DNA of 63,726 bases, the filler included, from an uncultured Acidimicrobiia bacterium (GTDB taxonomy: Bacteria; Actinomycetota; Acidimicrobiia; Spongiisociales; JAOTWH01), in assembly GCA_964347285.1 (NCBI GenBank). It is 7 parts of 4 records of this genome, joined end to end, with 100 filler letters (N's around TTAATTAATTAA, not from the genome) between each part and the next. Parts side by side here need not be neighbours in the genome. Positions count along the whole stretch, not along the records: positions 45,185 to 63,726 come from CAYFYE010000048.1; 6 more parts are not named here. The stretch is one strand, 5' to 3'. Below are positions 47,217-56,271 of the stretch, piece by piece (position 1 is the first letter of the stretch; the number at the start of each line of letters is the position of its first letter). The translations under genes were made by a program, and so were the position numbers. The notes beneath the pieces are model-generated. The model did not search any database and was not told the origin of the DNA. It worked only from the letters and a program-made list of their open reading frames with translations.

Positions 47217-49075
47217 CGCTGGGTCATCTCCATGATCTTGTCCTCGATCTCGGCCGCCTTGAACGGCACGCCCTGCACCTTCCCGTAGCCGACGGCCGGG
47301 ACCAGGAACTGGTCGCGCACCATGCGGACGAGCTGGCCTCGGTTCAACTCCGGCACCAGGATCGTCCGGTGCCGGTCGAGGATCTCACCCAGGTTGGCCG
47401 GGAAGGGGTTGAGGTGGCGCAGGTGAACACGGGCCACCTCGGCACCGTGGCGGCGGGCGTTGCGGACCCCGGCCAGCACCGCCGCGTTGGTCGATCCCCA
47501 GGAGAGGAGAAGGAGGTCGGCCGTCTCGTCCCCCTCGACGACTGCCGCCGGGATGTCGTTGGCGATGCGCCTGACCTTGTCTTCCCGCAGCCGGGTCATC
47601 AACTCGTGGTTGACCGGGTCGTAGGACACGTTGCCGGTGAGCTCTTCCTTCTCGAGGCCGCCCACCCGGTGTTCCAGGCCGGGGGTGCCGGGGACCGCCC
47701 AGGGTCGGGCCAGTGTCTCGGGATCGCGCAGATAAGGCAGGAATTGGCCGTCGCTGTTGGGCTCGGTCGCGAAGGGGATGCTGATGTCGGCCAGCTCGTC
47801 GACCTCGGGCAGCAGCCACGGCTCCGAGCTGTTGGCGATGTAGCCGTCGGACAACAGGAGGACCGGGGTCATGTACTTGAGGGCTATGCGGGCCGCCTCG
47901 ATAGCGGTGTCGAAGGCATCCGACGGCGAGGCGATGGCGATCACAGGAACCGGAGCCTCGCCGTGACGTCCATGCATCGCGAACAGGAGATCGGACTGCT
48001 CGGTCTTGGTGGGCAGGCCGGTCGAAGGGCCGCCCCGCTGGATATCGATCACGATCAGGGGAAGTTCCAACATCATGGCCAAGCTGACCGTTTCGCTCTT
48101 GAGGGCCAGCCCGGGTCCACTGGTTCCGGTGGCGCCCAGGCTTCCCGCGAACGCGGCCCCCAGTGCCGCCCCCGCCGCCGAGATCTCGTCCTCGGCCTGG
48201 AAGGTGCGCACCCCGAAGTTCTTGTAGCGGGCCAGCTCCTCGAGGACGCTGGAGGCCGGCGTGATCGGGTAGGAGCCGTAGAAGAGGGGAAGCTTGGCGG
48301 CCTGGGCGGCGGCGATCAATCCCCAGGCCAGAGCCTGGTTGCCGGTCACGTTGGCATACGTTCCCGGCTCCAGCTTGGCCGGTTTCACCTCGATCGTGTG
48401 CTGGAACGCCTCGGTGGTGATGCCGTAGTTGTATCCGGCCTTGAGGGCGGCGATGTTGGCCGCCGCTACATCGGGAGTCCGGGAGAATTGATGGTCGACC
48501 CAATCGATCGTGTAGTCGAGGGAACGCCCGAATACCCACGAGAGCAGACCGAGTGCGAAGAAGTTCTTCGACCGCAGCACGCCCCTCCCAGTGAGGCCGG
48601 TGCCGGCAACGGCCTCCTTGGTCAGCTCCTCCATCGGCGCTTCGAGCAGCGTGTAGTTGTCGAGGCTGCCGTCGGTGAGAGGGTTGTCCTCGTAGCCGGC
48701 CTTGTGGAGGTTCCGCTCCTGGAAGGCGTCGGCGTTGGCGATGATGATCCCGCCCTTGCGGACGTCGCCGAGGTTGGCCTTGAGGGCGGCCGGGTTCATG
48801 ACCACCAGCACGTCGGGCTCGTCCCCGGGAGTCAAGATGTCCCAGTCGGCGATGTGGACCTGGAACGATGAGACGCCGGGAAGCGTGCCGGCCGGGGCGC
48901 GAATCTCGGCGGGGAAATTGGGAAGCGTCGAGATGTCGTTACCGAACAGTGCCGAAATCGCGGTGAAGCGGTTGCCGACTAGTTGCATTCCGTCCCCGGA
49001 GTCGCCGGCGAAGCGAATCACCACGTGGTCGCGGCTGGTCACCTCCGGCGCGGGGGCCTTCGATTGAGTGGTCAC
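47213..49075 (-). CDS. korA: 2-oxoacid:ferredoxin oxidoreductase alpha subunit (gamma-alpha fused)
   Basis: 'RFAGDSGDGMQL', 'SYPITPAS', 'QAEDEI', 'TSGPG', 'QRGGPSTGLPTKTEQSD'. Confidence 0.94.
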   Translation of the reverse strand: MTTQSKAPAPEVTSRDHVVIRFAGDSGDGMQLVGNRFTAISALFGNDISTLPNFPAEIRAPAGTLPGVSSFQVHIADWDILTPGDEPDVLVVMNPAALKANLGDVRKGGIIIANADAFQERNLHKAGYEDNPLTDGSLDNYTLLEAPMEELTKEAVAGTGLTGRGVLRSKNFFALGLLSWVFGRSLDYTIDWVDHQFSRTPDVAAANIAALKAGYNYGITTEAFQHTIEVKPAKLEPGTYANVTGNQALAWGLIAAAQAAKLPLFYGSYPITPASSVLEELARYKNFGVRTFQAEDEISAAGAALGAAFAGSLGATGTSGPGLALKSETVSLAMMLELPLIVIDIQRGGPSTGLPTKTEQSDLLFAMHGRHGEAPVPVIAIASPSDAFDTAIEAARIALKYMTPVLLLSDGYIANSSEPWLLPEVDELADISIPFATEPNSDGQFLPYLRDPETLARPWAVPGTPGLEHRVGGLEKEELTGNVSYDPVNHELMTRLREDKVRRIANDIPAAVVEGDETADLLLLSWGSTNAAVLAGVRNARRHGAEVARVHLRHLNPFPANLGEILDRHRTILVPELNRGQLVRMVRDQFLVPAVGYGKVQGVPFKAAEIEDKIMEMTQR

Positions 49076-49177
49076 GGTGGCTCGATCCTTCGCGTCTGGA
49101 ACGTCGAAAAACGGGGTAATCAGCGGGCCCGACCATCATACCGTCGGCCTGGTCCGGCCCAACCAATCGTGATGGTC

Positions 49178-50578
49178 TCACGTCTCGGGAGGCTCAGGTG
49201 GGCGACCGACCGCCACCAGACCGGCGGCCTCGAGGGCCAGCCCCACCGCCAGGAGGCGAGCTTCGCCCCAGCGGGGTCCGATCAGTTGGACCGGGGGAGC
49301 CGGTCGGCCGGCGACATTGAGAGGGAGCACCAGGGCCGGGACGCCCATGTGGTTGACCAGCGCCGAGAACTGGGGCAAGACGCTCCGGTAGTGCCGCTCC
49401 ACTCCGTCCACCGTCATCTCGGGCTTTCCGATGACCTTGTGCAGCGCCGGCACCGCCGGCGTGGCCAGAAGGTCGAAGCCGGCGAACAGCCGATCGGCGG
49501 CTTGGGCGAGGGCGGTCCGCCATTCCAGCCCGGCCTGGGCGTCCTCGGCCGTGGCCGTGGCTCCTTGCGCCAGCCGTTCCCGCACCTCGGGCCCGTAGCG
49601 CTCGGGATTCTCCTCGTACCAGGCCCGGTGGACGGAGAACGCCTCGGGAGCGGTGGCCTCCCAAACCCGGCCGGGAGCCTGCAGCTGGGGCGCGTGCGGC
49701 TCTTCGACAAGCGCACCGTGATCGGCGAGGGCGTCGAGAAAGGAGCTGAGGGCACCGGCGATGATGGGATCGGTGGGCTGGTCGACCCACGGGCGGGGCA
49801 CGCCCACCTTCAAGCCGGTGAGGGGGGCCGGTCCCGCGGGGTACTCCACCTCTCGATTCACCGACCACGGGTCGTGCGGATCGAAGCCGGCGATGGCGGC
49901 ATACACCAGGGCGGCGTCGGCAACGGAGCGGGCCAGCGGCCCGACGGTGTCGACCGACGAAACGAGGGGGAAGACACCCCGCAACGGCACCCGGCCGTGG
50001 GTGACCTTCAGGCCGACGATGCCGCACAGCGCCGCCGGCACCCGCACCGACCCCCCGGTGTCGGTCCCCAGCGACACCGGAGCCATGCGGGCGGCGACGG
50101 ATGCCGCCGATCCTCCCGACGACCCGCCCGGAGATGTGTTCGGGTCCCAGGGGTTGCGCACCGGGCCCCACCAGTCGTTCTCGCTGGAGAATCCATAGGC
50201 GAACTCGTGGAGGCCGGCCCGACCGATCGAAACGGCCCCGGCCGACTCGAGACGCTCGATCACCGGGGCGTCCTCCTCCGGGACCTTTCGATAGAAGGAA
50301 GAGCCGCAGGTGGTGGGCACACCGGCCTCGTCGATGAGATCCTTCACGGCTACCGGGACGCCGGCCAGGGGACCGAGTCTCTCACCCCGGCTCCGGCGCT
50401 CGTCGAGTCGGGCGGCCCGGGCGACGGACCGCTCGGCGTGCACGAGGGTGAAGGTGTTGAGGAGGGGCTGCAGGCGCTCTATGCGTTCCAGGTAGGCACC
50501 GACCACCTCCCGGACCGAGACCTCTCCGGAGGAGACGTCTGCGGCGAGTCGGCCCGCCGACCGATCGATGAGGTCCAC
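49178..50578 (-). CDS. Amidase signature family enzyme
   Basis: 'GVPVAVKD', 'PGGSSGGSA', 'LGTDTGGSVRVPA'. Confidence 0.9.
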   Translation of the reverse strand: MDLIDRSAGRLAADVSSGEVSVREVVGAYLERIERLQPLLNTFTLVHAERSVARAARLDERRSRGERLGPLAGVPVAVKDLIDEAGVPTTCGSSFYRKVPEEDAPVIERLESAGAVSIGRAGLHEFAYGFSSENDWWGPVRNPWDPNTSPGGSSGGSAASVAARMAPVSLGTDTGGSVRVPAALCGIVGLKVTHGRVPLRGVFPLVSSVDTVGPLARSVADAALVYAAIAGFDPHDPWSVNREVEYPAGPAPLTGLKVGVPRPWVDQPTDPIIAGALSSFLDALADHGALVEEPHAPQLQAPGRVWEATAPEAFSVHRAWYEENPERYGPEVRERLAQGATATAEDAQAGLEWRTALAQAADRLFAGFDLLATPAVPALHKVIGKPEMTVDGVERHYRSVLPQFSALVNHMGVPALVLPLNVAGRPAPPVQLIGPRWGEARLLAVGLALEAAGLVAVGRPPEPPET

Positions 50579-50582
50579 CCGA

Positions 50583-51767
50583 TCAGCCGGTGGGGGTGGC
50601 CGTCCAGGTGAGCGGCCCGTCCTGCGGGAAGAACGACACCCAGGGCCGGCCGGGAGGCACCGCCATCGGTGCGCCTTCCTCGTCGCGCAGCACGAAAGGC
50701 TCTTCGATCACGTCGCGGCTCCAGGTGCCTTCCTGGACCTTGCCCTCGGCGAACACATAGGCGGTCCCGTTCCCCACGGTCTCCATGGCCGGTACGGCGC
50801 TGCCGGCACCGGTCGGCGTTGCGGTGTACAGCGTTCCGGTGAGCACGACGAGGATGTCGGTGCTGATCTGCTCCTCGTTTCCCTGCCGATCGATCACGTT
50901 GTGGGGCAGCTCGTTGGTGTAGCGCACGTACTTCTGGCCGTCCCAGATCCACAGCACCCGGTTGGCAACGTCCCAACCGACGTTGACCTCGACGGCCGGC
51001 TCGGTGCCGCCGTAGGGGCCGATCTCGAAGAACACGCCGGGCGGGTCGTCGGGATAGCCGCGCTGGTCGGCGACCTCACGGAGCGCCATGGTGTCGCCGT
51101 ACAGGTTGTGGGGGGCGAAGCGGCTGTCGATGCGGAATGTGCCCGGCCCTTCGCCGATGAGCTTGATATCGGAGCCGACGATCAGCTGCTCGATCCAGGG
51201 CTGCGCTCCAGAGATGATCATGACGGGCTCGAAAGGCCGGATCAGAGTGGGGTCGGTGGGCCGCCCGCTGCGGATGGGGCCGAGATAGTCGGTGTCGTTG
51301 TCGTGAAAGACGGCGATGAAGCGACTGAACCCGCCCTCCACCAGCAGTTCGTAGACCCAGTCGGCCTCGTCGATGCCGGATTGCGGCTGGGCGTTGGGGT
51401 GGTTGTCGATCTTCACGGCCAGGACGCGACGATCCAGTTTGGCCGGATCCTCGGCTGCCAGGCCGTTGAGCGGCGAGACGGGTCCGGTCGCCACCGTCGT
51501 CGTGGTCGTCGAGGACGTCGTCGTGGTCGTGGTCGGCGCAGCGGCGGTCGTCGTCGTGGTGGTGGTCGTGGTCGCGGTCGAGCCTCCTCCGGCAACGAGG
51601 ACGATGATGACGGCCGCCAGGGTCACCCCGGCGGCAGCACCGCCCCCGTAGAGGAGCTGGCGACCGCGTTCGAGGCCGCCGTACCAGTCCCAGAGATCTC
51701 GGATGCGCTCGGGGAGGGACCGGAAGAAATCGGCGACGGCCCGGAAGAAGTCGGCGATGCGGCTCAC
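50583..51767 (-). CDS. DUF3048 membrane-anchored protein
   Basis: TM helix, Thr-rich linker, 'LAVKIDNHPNAQPQSGI..AD.VYE..VEGG.SRF', 'GPIRS.RPTD', 'APHNLY'. Confidence 0.88.
   Translation of the reverse strand: MSRIADFFRAVADFFRSLPERIRDLWDWYGGLERGRQLLYGGGAAAGVTLAAVIIVLVAGGGSTATTTTTTTTTAAAPTTTTTTSSTTTTTVATGPVSPLNGLAAEDPAKLDRRVLAVKIDNHPNAQPQSGIDEADWVYELLVEGGFSRFIAVFHDNDTDYLGPIRSGRPTDPTLIRPFEPVMIISGAQPWIEQLIVGSDIKLIGEGPGTFRIDSRFAPHNLYGDTMALREVADQRGYPDDPPGVFFEIGPYGGTEPAVEVNVGWDVANRVLWIWDGQKYVRYTNELPHNVIDRQGNEEQISTDILVVLTGTLYTATPTGAGSAVPAMETVGNGTAYVFAEGKVQEGTWSRDVIEEPFVLRDEEGAPMAVPPGRPWVSFFPQDGPLTWTATPTG
51492..51577. repeat. Low-complexity Thr-codon repeat (poly-Thr linker)
   Basis: Runs of GTC/GTG/GGT encoding TATTTTTTTTTAAAPTTTTTTSSTTTTTV on the minus strand. 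Confidence 0.7.
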
Positions 51768-51823
51768 GATGCGGGAGTGTAAGGGGACGGGCGACCACTT
51801 CCGTCGCTTTCAGGAGGCTCGAC

Positions 51824-54148
51824 TCAGGGCGGCGGCACCAGGCGCAGCTCGTCGTGGGTCGCCGCCTCCACCTCGTCATCGGCCCACGGGATGGGGAGCC
51901 CGTCTCCCTTTTCCCACAGGCCGAGCTGGTCGGCGTAGTGGGGCGAGTAGGGGTTGCCGGATTGGCCTCCGGGGAGCACAAAGCGGCACCGCTCCCAGTC
52001 ACCCACATCGATCGTCATGCGCAGCGAGGCGATTGCTACCGTCGTCGGGCCGGCCGGCTGGAGGGGATCCGGACCGGCCTGGCTGACGGTGTTGGCGTCT
52101 CCCCCCCAGCGCAGCGGGCCGAGGTTGAAGATCTGGTCGAGCGGGGGACGCTCGGCGAGGGGATGGCGCAGGACCAAGGGCCGGACCCGCCCCCAGGTGC
52201 GTTGAGCTCGGTCTCCAAAGGAGCCCAGAGAGCGAGTCGCCTGGGCGAGGGCGCCGGCGATCTCCTCGTCCCATCCCCGGGCGAACCATCCGGTGGGCCG
52301 TTCCCTGAGCAGCGTCACCAGCAGGCCGGCCCGGCGGAAGGCAAAGAGGCTGAAGGGGACGATGGAGGTGAAGCCCCGCCCCAGGGCCCATTCGGCGGAG
52401 CCGGGCGCTTTGGCGAGGACGATCCGTCTGTCCAGTTCGGCCAGGAGCAGTTCGAACAGGGCCGCCTCCTCGGAGTCGGCGCCGACCACGCCGTCCCATT
52501 CCTCCAGGAGCCGGTGGACTTCATCCAGATCGGCCCGGCCGGCTATGGCGGGAAGGACGTGAGACCGCAACTCTCGCCACACCAGGGACACCTGGTCGAG
52601 CTGTAGATCCATTGTCCCGTACAGGTCCCAGTCGTCACGCTGGGACAGAACTTGGACGATGCGTCCCACCCGATAGCCGTCGATCCAGTCGACTCCCAGG
52701 TAGGGCTCCCGACCGGCCGCCGGCCGATTGTTGGCCGTCGCCACGAAGCCGGATTCCGGATCGAGGGCGTAGGGCATCATCCCGGGGTCGACCGGCTCCG
52801 ACTCCCAGCCCACCCCTGCCGACCAGGCCGGCAATGGGATGGTGCCGCCCCCGGTGCGCCGGACCGGTGCCTCTCCGGCGAGCAGGTAGCCGATGTGGCC
52901 GTCGGCGTCTGCATACGACATGCCCAGCGTGGCGGCCGGCCACTGAGCCATGGCGGTCCGGAACTCCTCGAAGTTGCGGACCCGGTGGAGGGCGAGCAGG
53001 CCTTTGATCGGGCGAGGCTCCAGCCAGGTCGCTTGGAGCGATATGGCGCCCAGCTCGCCGGCGAGGGCCGGCCCGATGATCGGTCCCCGGTCGGTGACGA
53101 GGACGTCTTCGATGGCGGTGTCGCCGTTGCGGACTCCGATGCTTTCGGTGTAGACCCGGCACGGCACGAATCCTTCCGGTCGGCGCACCGAACGCCCGTC
53201 GGAGCCGATCTCCTCGATGTAGAGGTCGGTGTTGTCGACGAGGCCGGCGGTCACTCCCCAGGCGGCGTGGCCATTGTGGCCGGCCGGAACGCCGGGGGTG
53301 CCCACGAAGGAAGCTCCGGCCAGGGCCCACCGGGGAGTCACGAGGTGGCACAGATACCAGTGCGGGGGCAGCAGCGGGGCCAGGTGGGGGTCGTTGGCCA
53401 GAAGGGGTCGGCCGGTGGCGGTCCGGCCGGGCGCTACCGCCCACGTATTCGATCCGCCTTCGAGACCGGCCCAGGAACGCAGGCCCTCGACGTCGGCCGC
53501 CAGGCGGTCGAGGGCGGGCCCGGCGGCATCGCCGGGAGGGGTCGACAGCGGATGCCACTCCGGATAGGCGGGATCGAGAGCATGGAGGGCCTCCTCTCCA
53601 TCGGTGGAGAGCACCTTGAGGCGGGCCAGCTCGCTGTCCCAGTTGGCGGCGAGCAGGAAGCCCTCCAGGGCCAGGATGGCCAGGACATCGGCCGGCTGGA
53701 ACGGCGTCGGGGCCGCTCGCAGCAGCACGAACTCGTGGGGGCGGGCCGGGAGGCCGATCTCCCATCCGGCATTCACGCCGGCGGCGTAGGCGGCGAGGGC
53801 GGCTGCCGTCTCCTCGTCGAGGAGGGGGAGCCGAGCGTCGGCGCTGCGCCAGAAGCCGACTCGGCGCGCCAATCGATCGACGGCGAGCGCTTCGGGGCCC
53901 ACCAGCTCCGCAAGCGTTCCTCGCGAGAGGCGGAGGAGCAGCTCGAGCTGAAAGGTCCGGTCCTGGCCGTGGCAGAAGCCGATTCCGTAGAACGCATCGG
54001 TGTCGGATTGGGCGCCGATGTGGGGAACGCCAAACCGGTCACGTCTGATCGTCACCGGCCCTTCGATGCCGGGGACTTCGATTTGCCCGCTGGTGACCGG
54101 GAGGCGGCGGCCCAGGAGCAGACGGGCGGCGGTTTTGGCAAAGCTCAT
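51824..54148 (-). CDS. Penicillin acylase family (Ntn-hydrolase)
   Basis: 'RDRFGVPHI', 'HGQDR.FQL', nucleophile 'GSNTWAV', 'LANDPHL', 'PGGQSG.P.SPHYADQ'. Confidence 0.92.
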   Translation of the reverse strand: MSFAKTAARLLLGRRLPVTSGQIEVPGIEGPVTIRRDRFGVPHIGAQSDTDAFYGIGFCHGQDRTFQLELLLRLSRGTLAELVGPEALAVDRLARRVGFWRSADARLPLLDEETAAALAAYAAGVNAGWEIGLPARPHEFVLLRAAPTPFQPADVLAILALEGFLLAANWDSELARLKVLSTDGEEALHALDPAYPEWHPLSTPPGDAAGPALDRLAADVEGLRSWAGLEGGSNTWAVAPGRTATGRPLLANDPHLAPLLPPHWYLCHLVTPRWALAGASFVGTPGVPAGHNGHAAWGVTAGLVDNTDLYIEEIGSDGRSVRRPEGFVPCRVYTESIGVRNGDTAIEDVLVTDRGPIIGPALAGELGAISLQATWLEPRPIKGLLALHRVRNFEEFRTAMAQWPAATLGMSYADADGHIGYLLAGEAPVRRTGGGTIPLPAWSAGVGWESEPVDPGMMPYALDPESGFVATANNRPAAGREPYLGVDWIDGYRVGRIVQVLSQRDDWDLYGTMDLQLDQVSLVWRELRSHVLPAIAGRADLDEVHRLLEEWDGVVGADSEEAALFELLLAELDRRIVLAKAPGSAEWALGRGFTSIVPFSLFAFRRAGLLVTLLRERPTGWFARGWDEEIAGALAQATRSLGSFGDRAQRTWGRVRPLVLRHPLAERPPLDQIFNLGPLRWGGDANTVSQAGPDPLQPAGPTTVAIASLRMTIDVGDWERCRFVLPGGQSGNPYSPHYADQLGLWEKGDGLPIPWADDEVEAATHDELRLVPPP

Positions 54149-54223
54149 GCCGCGAAGAGGCTAGGGACAAGTCAGGCGAGAGAAGTCGGGAGGCGGCGCC
54201 GTGGCGTGTACCGGCGGTGCGGC

Positions 54224-55156
54224 TCAACCGTCGGCGACGATCTTCGCCGTCAGCTCGGCCTGAATGACCGCCGCCTCGTCGTTGGGCACCTGACAGGTGC
54301 CGGCCTTCACGTGCCCCCCTCCGTCGTAGGCCAGCATCAGCTCCCCGACGTTGGTCCGTGAGCTCCGATTGAATATCGATTTGCCGACGGCGAAGACCGT
54401 GTTCTGGCGCTGCTTGCCCCAGATGACGTGCATCGAGATGTTCTGTTCCGGATGCAGCGCGTAGATCATGAAGCGGTTGCCGGGCCAGATGGTCTCTTCG
54501 CTACGAAGGTCGAGGACCACCAGGTTGTGATGGACCCGGGCACATCGCCGGATCTGATCCTTGAAGCGCCGTTCGTGCGCGAAGTAGAGGTCGACCCGTT
54601 CCTCGACGTCGGGCAGCCTGATGATCTCCTCGATCGTGTGATGCCGGCAATACTCGATGAGCTCCATCATCAGCTGGTAATTGCTGATGCGGAAGTCGTG
54701 GAAGCGCCCCAAGCCGGTCCGGGAATCCATTATGAAAGAAAGGAGCTCCCACCCCTTGGGCTCGAGAACGTCTTCCATCGTGTAGAGGGCCGAGTCGGCC
54801 TTGTCGACGGCGGCCATCATGGCGTTCCATTCGGCGGGGAAGCGCTCCTTGCCTCCGAAGTGCTCGTAGACCACCCGTGCCGCAGAGGGAGCGTTGGCGT
54901 TGATGATGTGGTTCGGTGGAGTGATGGGGTTGCGTAGTTTTTCACTGAAGTGGTGGTCGAACGCCAGGTGCACCCCCTCCTGATAGGGGAGGTTGGTCAA
55001 TATGTCCCGAGGGGTGACTTCGATCTTTCCGTCCTGGACGTCTTTGGGGTGTACGAACAGGATCTCGTCGATCAGATCCAGTTCCCTGAGGAGGACGGCC
55101 GACACCAACCCGTCCATGTCGCTGCGGGTGACCAGCCGGTGCTTTTCGGCCGTCAT
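54224..55156 (-). CDS. DHH-family phosphoesterase (exopolyphosphatase/oligoribonuclease-like)
   Basis: 'RLVTRSDMDG', 'FDHH', 'MDSRTGLGRF', 'GGGH..AGTCQ'. Confidence 0.85.
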   Translation of the reverse strand: MTAEKHRLVTRSDMDGLVSAVLLRELDLIDEILFVHPKDVQDGKIEVTPRDILTNLPYQEGVHLAFDHHFSEKLRNPITPPNHIINANAPSAARVVYEHFGGKERFPAEWNAMMAAVDKADSALYTMEDVLEPKGWELLSFIMDSRTGLGRFHDFRISNYQLMMELIEYCRHHTIEEIIRLPDVEERVDLYFAHERRFKDQIRRCARVHHNLVVLDLRSEETIWPGNRFMIYALHPEQNISMHVIWGKQRQNTVFAVGKSIFNRSSRTNVGELMLAYDGGGHVKAGTCQVPNDEAAVIQAELTAKIVADG

Positions 55157-55215
55157 GGGACTCCTTTGGCAGCTCCTCAGGTGCTTTTCGGCCGATCTGG
55201 CGAAAGCCTTGAGCC

Positions 55216-55734
55216 TCAGCCGAGGGCCGGGGCCTCGGCGGGTCGTCCCAGCCGGTCCGGCGGCCAATAGCGCAACACGGCCCGCCACTCGATGTCGGCG
55301 GCGCGAATCGGTCCCAGGGATCGACCGTCGTCGGCCGAGAGGGCTCGTCGGTCGCCCAGCACGAACACCTCCCCGGGCTCGAGGTCCCACGATCCGTCGC
55401 CGAGGGTGGGCCCGTCCGCCCACGGCTCGGCCAGAGGGCGGCCGTCGACGTGGACCTGGCCCCCCGAGATCTCGATCCGCTCGCCGGGGAGGCCGACCAC
55501 GCGTTTTGTGAGGTAGAAACGGTGCCGAGCGGGGTGGGGGAAGACGACGATCTGGCCCCGTAGGGGGGAGCCGGACACCCGGCGGGTCAACAGGTAGTCG
55601 CCCGGCAGCAATGCCGGAGCCATGCTCTCCTCGGCCACCTCGAATCGGCCGAACTCGCGGCGGAGCAGCGCACCGGCGATCGCCGCCAGCGCGGCTCCGA
55701 TAGCCGCCCCCGCTACTCGCCTCCCGTCCGGCAC
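55216..55734 (-). CDS. sodX: S26 peptidase, probable NiSOD maturation protease
   Basis: 'SMAPAL.PGD', 'LTKRV', 'LGD...S.DGR..GP'; divergent from sodN. Confidence 0.75.
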   Translation of the reverse strand: MPDGRRVAGAAIGAALAAIAGALLRREFGRFEVAEESMAPALLPGDYLLTRRVSGSPLRGQIVVFPHPARHRFYLTKRVVGLPGERIEISGGQVHVDGRPLAEPWADGPTLGDGSWDLEPGEVFVLGDRRALSADDGRSLGPIRAADIEWRAVLRYWPPDRLGRPAEAPALG

Positions 55735-55815
55735 CTGCCCCCCGGACCCGGTCGGAGCGGAGTGTATCGTGACCGGGCCGTCGTAACGCAGAAGCTATCG
55801 ACTGGGAGGTGACCC

Positions 55816-56247
55816 ATGGGGCTCTGGAAGCCCGCCCGTATTGCCCATGCTCACTGCCACGTTCCCTGTGGCATCTACGACCCGGTGTTCGCCCAGAATG
55901 CCGCCGAGACCGTCGTCAAGATGGTCGAGCAGCTCAACGATCTCGACGTGCCCGGTCCGGACGCATCCAAAGAGGAGCAGCTGAGCTACGGGCAGGCGGT
56001 CGCTCGCCGCGTGGCCAACAAGGAGGAGCACGCCAAGAAGTGCAAGTACGAGCTCCTGGATGTGCTGTGGAGCCAGTACTTCAAGCCGGCCCATGTCGAG
56101 CGCTGGCCCGATCTCCACGACAAGTTCTTCTCCGCCGGTCACCTATGCACCCAGAACATGCAGGAGATCTCGATGGAGAAGGCCCAGGCTCTGCTCGATC
56201 TGACCACAGAGATCGCCGAGATCTTCCACGAATCCAAGAAAGGCTGA
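55816..56247 (+). CDS. sodN: Nickel superoxide dismutase precursor
   Basis: Leader then hook A|HCHVPCGIYDP; 'KEEHA', 'LWSQYFKP.H'. Confidence 0.92.
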   Translation: MGLWKPARIAHAHCHVPCGIYDPVFAQNAAETVVKMVEQLNDLDVPGPDASKEEQLSYGQAVARRVANKEEHAKKCKYELLDVLWSQYFKPAHVERWPDLHDKFFSAGHLCTQNMQEISMEKAQALLDLTTEIAEIFHESKKG

Positions 56248-56271
56248 GGTCGGGGCCGGGCCGGCCGCCAA

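Noticed and set aside
49178..50578. Amidase as gatA
   Set aside because: No adjacent gatB/gatC, and it has 'HEFAYG' rather than the GatA-type 'DEFAMG'
51492..51577. Trinucleotide-like repeat as a contingency locus or array
   Set aside because: Mixed synonymous Thr codons encoding an ordinary flexible linker
41703..54361. Long antisense or alternate-frame ORFs (e.g. 41703-43547, 47369-48871, 48983-50611, 52652-54361)
   Set aside because: Expected shadows of high-GC coding sequence; no motifs, and they overlap well-supported genes
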